A stretch of 64,000 nucleotides of DNA from Hyphochytrium catenoides (Eukaryota; Protista; Hyphochytriomycota), in the NCBI GenBank assembly GCA_900088475.1, contig FLMG01001166.1:62001-126000 (forward strand), written 5' to 3'. The translations under genes and the position numbers were made by a program. Below the pieces are notes generated by a model. It was not told the origin of the DNA. It searched no databases and was given only the letters and a program-made list of their open reading frames with translations. Shown one piece after another: positions 25,963 to 36,469 of the stretch (positions are counted from its first letter, which is position 1; the number at the start of each line of letters is the position of its first letter).

Positions 25963-28900
25963 CTAGACGATAGGGCCGAGAGAAGAACTACTCTGAAGCG
26001 TATTGTCCCCTTCAATTCCTGCCCTAAGAAGCACTTCTGCCTCCTGTCTGTTGAGCCACTTCCCGTTAAGGGGAGTGCTGCTGCCTGGCACTGCCAGCTG
26101 AATACGGGTTGGCAGACGAGAGTCTGCCCAACGGAGGCCTAGACGAATGCGTGGAGGCTGGCTATCTTGCTCCCGATTTACCTCTCCAGCCACATTCACG
26201 GCCGTTAAGAGCTTGTTTGAGTTAGGCACCTTTAATTCGTACCATCGTGTGTGCTGGTTGCCGTCGGCGAGCTGTGAAAGAGGGATTTGAACCTCTCCTA
26301 GCACGTGGTCACGGACGCCCGCAGTGTTATAAACAGCGACCTGCGTCAATGAGATTAGAAGCATGCTCGAATGACCCTCTCTTCCTTCCCTGTCCTTTAT
26401 CCTTCTTAACAATCTGTTGTTCAGCCCTGTGCTTTCTTAAGATCTAGCTTGTTGTGGTTTCTATCTTACCTTAAGTGTCTCCTGTCTGTTAGTACGGTGG
26501 AGCCTGTATGACTCGTTCCAGTGAGGGTTAGAGGTTCCTGCAGAGACTATGGTTCTTTCTACGTGATCGCCAATAGTCAACAAGCAGTAGCAGCTGATGT
26601 GCGAGCTGAGCTCGTCATCTTTCAATCCTGACGCCTGATAGACAGTTAGTAGGAGCTTGTCAGGAGTGTACTCTAGTCTCTTCCCCTCGACGTTGATGTC
26701 ATCGACGGCACAGACTTTTCCTGCAGTCCAAACCCCAGGGCGACCAGGGTCCATTATCAGGACTGAGTTGTTTACATCAAAGGTTTCCATATGAACCAAG
26801 CTCTTCTCCAGCCACCTTTCGTTGTCCAACCATAGAGGAGGAGAGCACACAGGGCTTCCATCCCCAATGCTCTCTTTCATATGAACCTTCAGCTTTCCCT
26901 TCTTAATCCAGGCTACACTAGCCTCTCTCCACTCATGTGGCACAGGTGACTCAATAAGAATGGTCTTCCCAATAAGAGAGAGACTCTCTCTCAGCTTGTG
27001 CTTCATCTTCCTTCCCCTGTACGCAATAAGATTCTTGGTGCCAGTGCTAATGTCAGATTTGGTGGAGTTGACAAGGAAGATAATCCCAAGGCCGAGATTC
27101 TCTAAGATGATGAAAGCCACTAACCGAGGGATGTATCCCAGGCACTCCGTTGACGGCCCGTAGTTCTCATCTGTGCCCCCACAACCAAAATAGGCGTCAA
27201 ACCCTCCAGTACAGGCAACGTAAAGGCCTGGAACAATCATCGCCGCCAGCATTGCCTCAAAGAAGAGAACATTTTCCCATGTGCCTATCCCTAACATTCT
27301 TTGCGGGATAGGTCGCTTGAAGTCAATGCATAGCTTGATCAGATCAAAGCGGAATGAGATTTTGTTGTTCACATAGCCGCAGAGGGCGCAGAATGGCCAA
27401 ACCACAGAGAAGAGCGTGATGTAGGAGAACTGTATGCATTGATGCAGGAGGTCAGAGAAGGAGGACCAGAAAGAGAGACCACCCTCCTCCAGCACCGTAT
27501 CTGCGGTATAGTTATAACTCCTGCACTCGAAGGAAGGCTTCAGGTAGAGAAGAGAGCTCATCTTCTCGTCATAAAGTTCCGCAAAGTCTTGAAGAAGTCT
27601 CTCATGAAGCATCGCGCTAACTTTGGCAAATCTGCTAGACGATGTCGCCTCCACGATGGAGGAGGTTAACGCCACGTCCTGGGAGCTGAGAGGAGGACTA
27701 CTTGCGCTATCCTCTTTCTTCTGTCCCAATGTCGAGGTAGAAGGAACAGCCATTTGCGCCGAAGGCGAGAGAGAGGACATTGGGGATGGCGTCACTCCCG
27801 CTTTATCTCTCCCAGCATTCTCTCCGCCCAAGATCCCTTTTTCTTTAAGCGCTTGCTTCATCTTCAACACGCCTTCGTCGATTGAGTCTGTAGTAACTCT
27901 GACTCTTGAACGAGCGGCAAGGATAGCCTTCCTTCCCAGCCAAGGAAGAAAAGTGTTCACTAACAAGTTAAGTCCTTGCGTTACCACCAGTGGGGTTACA
28001 AAGGCGCTGTCCATGGCTAGCTTAGCTGGAGGATGTGAAGAGGCAAGATGAAGTTCTATCAGCAAGCAATCTCGCAAGCGCATCAAAGAAGAGAGAGTAG
28101 AGCCTAAGGTGTTGGTAAAAGACGCTTTTAAGGAGTTTCCCTGAGGTGATGACACGAAGGTTTTTGCAGGTACCACAGAAAGCAATGAATGAGAAGAAGA
28201 TAGGAAGGAGCAAGTGTGCAGGTGGTTTGTCTTACACTGATCCCATTGCCTTGCATAGTACACCGAGTGGTTGAAAGTGACATACTTATTTGGGTCAATG
28301 TGCTTCATGATAAAAGTTTGAATGTCGCTGCCATAAGGAATGTAAAGAAAGGCGAGCACCAGGAACCAATAGAAGTATCCTAGCCACGTGAACAGAAATG
28401 TCTTCATCACGAAGCCCTTCGTCTTCTCAGCTGGAAGGAGAATAAAGTTAGTTGAGACCGAGAGAAAGGAACGAAGCGGGAAGAAAGGATAGACAGAGCC
28501 AAAGGACAGTATAAGCGATATGCGACGCACTGGGGACAATGACCAAAAGGTTGGAAGAATGAGATGATCAAAAGGAAACATATTATCCATAAGCCTGACA
28601 GGCAAAACACGACATCTGAGAAAAATGAGGTTGCAGGTCAAGGATAGGGACCAAGCCAGGATCTCACCCTGAGTTCTCCAATTCTCCCATTCATTAAACT
28701 TCGCCGCCAGCGCTTCAAAAATGGCAGTGAACAGAATGTCAATGGTAATTCCCAGCACCACTCCCTGGATGAAGATGTAGAACCAGCGGCCAGTTCCTAG
28801 TAGGGGTCTAGAAGACGCAAAGCATCCAAGGAAGCTGGAACACTCTGGACCGTAGATCCTGTTTGTCTCCTCACAATAGCTCTGGCAACTTTTGATGCCC

Positions 28901-31795
28901 AGCTCTTCCTGCACCTGTGCTGTGCACTTTTCTAAACAAACAGAGGAATCCACCCAGTCACAGCGCGGATCCACGCATGCCGGAGTCATTACAGCCACAA
29001 TATACCTAGGCCATCAGGGTCAGCGGCCATCAATAAGCGGTTTAAAGGCGAGGCTTGCCATGAGAAGAAAGACATAGCGATACGAAGAAGAATATACACT
29101 AAGATGGAAGAAGAAGACGGAGGTGGTGAGCACCGACGGCCTCGCCTTTTCTATAGATTGACGCTCCTTACCATTGAATATACAGCGCCAAAAAGACCGC
29201 CAGTATGAGGGTGCAGAAGCTAAAGAAACCGATGTAAACCAGGAACTTAAGCCAACGCTTCTTCGGGTTGTACACTTTTACAGAGATCAAATCGGGCTTC
29301 TCTCCGGGGTCAGCAATGTTGACAGTTTCAATGTGGTCGTGCTTGAAGTTTGGATTCTCATACTCGATCTGGATGGCAGGAGAGAAGAAGAGTATTGGTG
29401 GGTTATGACAGGTAAGGAACATGTCTAAAGAAGAAGATGCAGCGAAAAGAGCTCATCGAAGATTCTATGCAGGTCTGTACTATAGCCAGCCGAGAAAGGC
29501 GGGGCTGCCTGTCTTGAGAGCCAAAATAAGTAGAATAACCAGGCGAAAAGCATTCACAGCTCAAACCAAGGGAAAGGATCGCTGCTGTTCAGTGTGAAGG
29601 AGTTAGTGGGCATAGACCCAGACCCAGATCTTTACCTCGTGAGCCTGTAGCAGACCCCAGGACAGCTTCAACTCATTCAGCTTTCGCCTCCACAATTTGA
29701 TCAGGAGAGGAGCCCATATTAGAGCCATGAACATGCCAAAGAACCTGGAGAATGAGACCACAAGAAGCGTGAGAAAGATGAACGAGCCTGTAACATTTGC
29801 GATTTGGTGCCGAAAGCTACTCCGATAAGAGGTCCCGCTATGAAGGACTATGTAGCCAGTGGCACATTTTGTTTCCTAATCTCTTCTCCGCGTCACTATC
29901 TAAGCTCTTCACCACTACTCCTCGCGTCAGCCCTTCACTCACCCTAGGCCCGCTTGGTATGTTGAATAATCAGCCCAGCGCCAGATAATCCATATTAATG
30001 GTCCCAGTATACTGGGACCAGCCAGTGCCACAGTGTAGAGCCTAATGTAGGCGAAGTAGAATGCAACTTGCAAGCCAAAATGATTCTTGAGACGGTTGAG
30101 AGCCAGATTTTGCACAGCCTTGGACTTGGAGTCCAGACCCACCGACCAGTTCCGGAAGAAAAAGTCATTCAGGCTAACACAGATAAGATAAATTAAACAA
30201 TGCGATAAGCAGCCGGATAAGAGATACGAAGGGAACCGATCAAGTAGGGGCAACCGCGAGGTGATAAGGTAGGAAGAGAGAGACAGGACCAAAGAGATAA
30301 ACAGAGAGGGATGGAAGGAAAGACCGGCCATGTTCTTACCCGGCGTCATGGAGCGGAAAGACTGTCTGGATAATCTCGTCCTTGTTCTCCTCGATTCCTT
30401 GAATGCCAGCTCCTCGAGGTTCCCGCTCCACACTGCGGGTAAGCAGGTGCTGCCAGGCTTCGAGTCTATTCGCTGGAGTCAACACCTCTCCGTTATCCTC
30501 ATAGTCTTCCCCTATCGTTGCGGCCTGTAAGGGATAAGATTATGTGTGATAAGACTACGGTCCGGTCCTGTGGGACTCTTGATCCCCCGACGTCTATTTC
30601 TCCCCCTTGTCCTCATTCAATAGTCTTGGTATTTTCTGCCAGTACTCACTTCCCTAAATTCTTCGTTCCTAGCTCTACGCAGTCGTAACTTCTCGCTTCT
30701 CTCTTGCTTTGATTTCCCTGTCTTACATCTTCCTCTGATAGGTATTCCACAGCCCTTTCCATTCTCAGAAGCTTGTCCTCTCTCGAGATAAGCCATGATG
30801 GGGCATTGAGTAGAACTACGATGAACTCTCTTGAGGTCTGCGTAGCCTCTAGGATAGTCACCTCAATACCAGCTCTAGTGAGATTGGTAATAACCTATAG
30901 AGATGAGGAGATATGACAAAATTAGGTCATGAGCGTAGCTGTACTGTCGCCGATCGCAATCCTGAAGGTTGGAAACCAGATTTCACTTTCTGGGATGAAC
31001 TTGCCCTCTTTAACTGCAACGTAAGGTAATCTCTCTTCAATGTCTCTTACCTCTCGCTGCTGCAGATACTCCTTGGCCGGATCATCACCATGGTTCTTCA
31101 GCACCACTGCAAACTCGTAGGGTAGACGGGGCCGCAAGTTAAGCAGCTCAACAATAGCTGATGCCATCCACACAATGGTGCAGTCTTGCACTGTTGCAGA
31201 GAATTAGTCCAACTCAACTGAATAAAGGGAGGTTTAGAGCAGACATGTAGGAGAGAAAGAGGAGCAAGGTCAAGGCAGCGGAAGAGAGAAGAGGATGCTA
31301 GGGGCAATTGGTCAGGAGGGAGGAGAAGTGACGAAAGACGGAGAAGGACAGGCAGTACCTGCAGTGACTTCCGTAGAGGGTCCATCTTGCTTGCAATCTG
31401 CTGGGAAACCGAAGACAGACGCCTCTTCATATATAGTGCCTGACGATGAGATGGCCTTGCCCGACTTTACTATGTACAGACCATCTACAAATGGCCAGTG
31501 AATAAGGGCAGATAAAGGCCGGTATATAGCTACCAAACTCACCGCACTGCTCCCCTGTCCGTGTGATACTGGCATCCTTCTTATAGTGCCGTACTTGAAC
31601 TATGCGAGTCAGCATCAGCAACTCATCCTCGGGTATATTTTTTAGGCAGGCAACCTCTCTTAGGAATCGTGCCTCGCAGACAGGGTCCTCCAACCTCTTT
31701 GTGATGAGCTCCCCAACACTCGGAAAAAGCCCTGCAAAGCAGAGAATTCCCGATTTCACCTTCTTTAAGCCGCGAACTACCAACTCATTCGCCAT
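25963..31795 (-). CDS. Anoctamin/TMEM16 family channel or scramblase with N-terminal cNMP-binding-like domain and C-terminal C2 domain
   Basis: Anoctamin motifs LKNHFGLQVAFYFAY, NEWENWRTQ/AE..VMKTFLF, IQFSYITLFSVVWP, VNNKISFRFDLIKL, KRPIPQRMLGIGTW. cNMP-type ITRTGEQC/DGLYIVKSG...VFG after splicing. C2 LLLTVYQASGL...NPHWNESY...LGEVQIPLSQL...WYEL. Exon phases checked for the cNMP exons and two anoctamin introns; the exons between about 29000 and 31000 were not fully phase-checked. Confidence 0.85.
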
Positions 31796-32651
31796 CTTGA
31801 GGCAGAGGTGAGTGATCAAATGCCTTTGACAAAGTGAGGCCTAGAGGCACTCTATCATGCCCACATGCTCCTTTACTAAGCCCAGATCAACTTTCGAACG
31901 AGCTGTCTCGGAGGTGATCTTGAGCGCACTGACGGTGTATTCTGGCTGCTATTGAGCTCGACCTTTACCTCCATAGAAGCTCCTTACGCGCCTATCTCAA
32001 CTTCAGCTTAGGCTCGCTCCCTATCCTCCTCTCCACAGCCACATCTCTCTTCGCTCCGTCATCCCTTCTCGGCTCCATCTATATGATTCTAACCCTCTGT
32101 TCTGAGTAGAAGTTCAACTCCGTCCACAGCGGGATAGAAGAGCTAGTTGCGAGCCTCCATGTCAGCACCAGGCCTGGGGTTATAAGACTGACAAGTCAAG
32201 GTTTGACATGCAACGAGGGCCCACGAAAGAAGTAACGGCCCTTCCAACCTCTTTGTAACACCCACTCACTCATACCAAGAAGTGATAACCGATTACTGAT
32301 TCTTCCGCGTTAGCGGCTATCTGACGGTCCTTGTACTGTGCGAGTACTCGTAGATTTTTGACTTGATTTTTGAATATTGATATCTGCCGCCAAGTGGCAC
32401 TCTGTGTGGAGATTTTATAGGACAAACCAGGACGAACGGATGAACCTGTGAAGACAGAGACAGAGACTCTTCAGGCGTTAGGAGTATCTTTTTGCAGATA
32501 GTACGTCCGTAAGAGCAAGAGGCTCATGACTTGGGAAGAGTAAGGGCGCCGGCCAATAGACTCGCCTCAAAGATAGCTAGCGCCGGCGTGGAAGGTCTCC
32601 TTTAGCTTACATCTTACAAGTGATCCGATAGAGATTAATTAAAGGCAAAGC

Positions 32652-33632
32652 ATGCAGGATCACGCATTTGCCACTAGGGCCAGGAAAAAAACTAGTAGGG
32701 AGGAGCGAGAGCCAACGAATGGGAAGAAGACCAAGAAGAGGCAGCGCAAGGCTCGTGATGCGTATTCACCTGAGGGAGAGGAAAGTTTAGATGAAGGACG
32801 GAGACGATGGACTTCGTCCACTGTGGCATTCTTCTCCAGGGCTAACGTGGGCTTGTACTATCTCTTCAGCATCTTCCTGGCTGGCTTCCTAGCCAATACA
32901 TTGCTAACAGATGAGTTTCAACGGTCAGACTCCCAGCAAGAATGGTTTGCTCTAGCAGTCGGAGTAGGAAAGATGACCTTTGTTATGTTCAAGTACAGGA
33001 AGTCCAATCCTCTACCATCATCACTATTGGCAACTATTATTGGCAGCTTCGTCTTCCAATTTGCAGTTGGAAGCTTGGAAAATCTTCTTTTTGGCACCGT
33101 ACCTTCTTGGCTACGGAATCCGGCTGTGATAGTTCAGCACATCTTCTGCTTCAGCCTAATCTTTTGGTCGCCAGCAGATATCATCTTTACAGAGCTTCAG
33201 CGTCATTTGGTATTACAGGTCTCTATCGGGTGTCTATACACGGTCGCTAAGGTCCGAGCAGTACATCGTATACATTCGCATACAGACAAGCAGTGGTGGT
33301 ATGGTGGCATTCTTCTCTCCTTCTGGGAGCTTTTTGGGAACACGCTGCTGACGAAGCTCTATGTGTGGCTGGTGTCTGCGTTATATCAACGGCGACGCGA
33401 TAGCTTAGCCTTGAAGGCCGTCAAGGATTTTTTCTCTTCTACACGCATGGGGATGTCTTACATTCTGTTTGCTACTGTCTTCGTCTTATTCCTTTTCATT
33501 AGCACAACCACCTCAACTGGAACGGACTATTGGAAACACCCGCTCACTATCCTGGCGTTTAGCTTCCTCATTTTGAAGGACTATTCGCATCTGTGGAGTA
33601 CCATTACACACGGCAAGAAGAAGCACAGTTGA
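32652..33632 (+). CDS. TRIC/TMEM38-like trimeric intracellular cation channel homologue, intronless
   Basis: 326-aa multi-TM ORF. NPLPSSLLATIIGSFVFQFAVGSLENLLFGTVPSWL...LIFWSPADII resembles the TMEM38 TM2-TM3 region. Ends in KKHS, a KKxx ER-retrieval motif. Confidence 0.6.
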   Translation: MQDHAFATRARKKTSREEREPTNGKKTKKRQRKARDAYSPEGEESLDEGRRRWTSSTVAFFSRANVGLYYLFSIFLAGFLANTLLTDEFQRSDSQQEWFALAVGVGKMTFVMFKYRKSNPLPSSLLATIIGSFVFQFAVGSLENLLFGTVPSWLRNPAVIVQHIFCFSLIFWSPADIIFTELQRHLVLQVSIGCLYTVAKVRAVHRIHSHTDKQWWYGGILLSFWELFGNTLLTKLYVWLVSALYQRRRDSLALKAVKDFFSSTRMGMSYILFATVFVLFLFISTTTSTGTDYWKHPLTILAFSFLILKDYSHLWSTITHGKKKHS

Positions 33633-33763
33633 TCATAGAGAATGCTACGTAGGCAGGCGATGAGTGTCACTTGTTACTAAATACGGCTTGCCTAACTCGG
33701 CATGGCGCTTAATGTCTCATTTTGCATTCTTCATCTCTCTCCCCTGTCTCCTTAATTAGGCTA

Positions 33764-35941
33764 TTAGTAGGTGTACGTGGGCTGCACGTTGATAGTAACG
33801 GGCTCGGAAGAGTTTAGACGTCTAACCTTAAGCGTGAAGCCTTCATATATCTTTCGGTTCAGCTCCCGATAAATATCTCGGGTGCTTGTCACAGGCTTGC
33901 CTTCGAACTCCACGATGACATCGTACCTCCTTAAACCTGCCCGCTCTGCAGGGCTTGCAGGGCTAATTGAGAAGACAATAACGCCCGCCTTGACGTCGGG
34001 GTACCTTCATTACAAGCAGGAGAGAGGGGGAAGGGGCAGCATGTCTCAGCTACCAGCAAATGAATATCAGTGTGAAGATGATACCGGCTTATTATAACTT
34101 GTAGCTCTGGGTCTCTTTTGTTCAAAGAGATCATCGTCATTCCAACGTACGGCCTGCAAACCCTTCCCGTCCGTCGCAGCTGGTCAATAACCTGAGAGAT
34201 ATGGGCTTTAGGATCTATCGGGCGCTGAGGAAAGAGGCACCACAAGGAAGAGTTGTCTCTCGAAGACTCCTGGTACTGCAGGACCATAATTAACTCGAAA
34301 GCCAATAATGCTAGCATACCGGCCAAGCTGTATCAATGGGAATTGCGAAGCTAACGCCGGACGCACTTGCCAGCTTAATAGCATTAATGCCTATCACCTA
34401 GACGTGAGATAAAAGTGTTAGTGAACAGAGAGCTGTACCTTTGCCGAAGATTGATCACCAGGCACCAAGCAAGGACAAGGGAGACAGAGAGAACAGCACC
34501 TCTCCATCCACATTGATCAAGGGACCTCCCGAGTTTCCAGAGTTGATAGCGGCATCCGTCTGGATGAACTCCCGGTTTGAACGAGGAAGACCAAGCTCGC
34601 TACTGTGCCTTGCAACCGCACTCACTACTCCAACACTGACACTATTCTGCAAAGAGAGAGGGCTACCCAGGGCGATGACCCACTCTCCCACGCGCAAATT
34701 TGCCGAGGAACCTTATAAGCGAATTAGCCTTGCTGTCGCATCAATTTTGAAGGGAGGGGATTACCAGCCAAAACTTGAGGTTGAAGAATGGGATATGCGA
34801 AGAAAGTCCAGGGGAAGTGCCAAAAGGAGCAAAAAGTGCAAAGATTACCGGAGACTCTTATAACATGTAGCTCTTGGTCAGAGCAGGAAGCTATTCAGTT
34901 AAGTTGGGGTCAGCGAGTGTGCTAGACCGCAGAAGAAAGAACTATAGTGATTCTGAAGAAGAAGAGGTACCAAGCTTCATAACAGGTAGCTTCTCGTTTA
35001 CTGGTGGGTCGATCTTGATCAGGGCCAGGTCGGATTGCGTGTCCATGCTATGGACCTTACCAATAAATGTTTCTCCATCACTCCTCGTCACTTCAACCTA
35101 CGACAGCAACTCTTTACCTTCAACAGGTTATTGGAGCAACGGACAAGGGAGACCCACATGCTGTCCCCTTTGTCCAGCTACGACGTGGGCATTTGTGACA
35201 ATAAACCCGTCATCCGAGATAATGAAGCCAGATCCAGTGCTAGCGGTAAGCATGCGGCTAGTCAGATCTGCGGCTAGCAGGTTATCAGAGTTAGACGTGG
35301 AAAAAGCAGGGATAGAGTGAGCAGCAATAGCGCGTTCTCCTAAAGTGAACGTTTGAGGTTTACACGCTGTTTCCAGTGCTTACTTCTTGGAACCAGGATG
35401 TTGACTAGTGCTGGAAAGGCTTTCTCCGTAGCATCCGCAATGAAGTTCCTCGAGTGATAGCCTGGAGGCTTGGATGCCGCTTGTGGCGCGATTTTCTGTG
35501 CGCCTCTCGGATGTGCTTCTTCTGAAAGTACCTGTCGGTCATACCCTTAAACAAAGGATATCAAGGCAGCGTAGTGGTTGTCAGTTCGTCTCATAGTGCT
35601 TTAAATTTCTTGATCGGTAGAAAGTGAGATAGAAGAGAATGACCGAAGTCCGCCAAGCATAATTACATAGACGAACAGCTAATAGTTGTGCTAGTGTTAC
35701 AGTCTTCTTTACCTGTTGCTCCCAAGCCGATCAAGCCAAGAAGAGTAAGAAGCACGCCCTTCCCCTTTCGATCAGATCCCTCTCTCCCTGAAGGGTTCAC
35801 CCAAAGGGCAGTGCATGGTCTAATGGCGGCCACAAAGCTCGCTTGCTGTCGCCTTGCCATAAGTTGCCTCCAAGACCCATGCGCCTGAGGTTCGAAGAGT
35901 TGACGCCGGACGCCATGAGATAGAAGAACCCTCTTGAGCAT
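33764..35941 (-). CDS. HtrA/DegP serine protease with PDZ domain, probably mitochondrial (HTRA2/Deg14-like)
   Basis: [19 protein letters not shown] (His), SDLALIKI (Asp), [16 protein letters not shown] (Ser), GVSFAIPID, and [22 protein letters not shown]. Arg-rich N-terminus followed by a hydrophobic segment. Confidence 0.92.
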
Positions 35942-36469
35942 TGTTGCTATCACTTTCTTGACCTGATGATGGGCAAGTGACTGTCTACCCTTTACGTTGA
36001 TTATACGGTCCCCAGGAGCGCTCTACGAGGCCCTGCGTATAGAGTACGTTATCATCTGGATCTTATTTCTAGGAAGCTCAACAAACGAGGAGACAAGAGT
36101 CGTCCATCAAGCGTTCTCCGTGACAATCCAGGAGCAAGCTTGGAGCTGGGGTACGAACGTACGAACAGAGATTTGTACGATAAGGATTCTGATCAACAGA
36201 GATGCGTTACCCGCTTCTAAGAACAATGATCTTGATATGAAGGGTTGTTGGCGTTATAGGTAAAGCATCTTCCTAGTCTGCTGCCACTACAATCTGAAGA
36301 AGACGAAGGTGCATGGACTCAATCAAGGCTAGGCGCTCCTCTATCAAACTTTCTCTCCTCTTCGCTTTCTCATGAACAGCCCTCAAGTGCAGCGGCTAAC
36401 AGCTCCTTGAATGGGATGAGGTAGCGTCATCGCAGATCAACGATAGCCTTTCTATTTATGCGGATAGAT

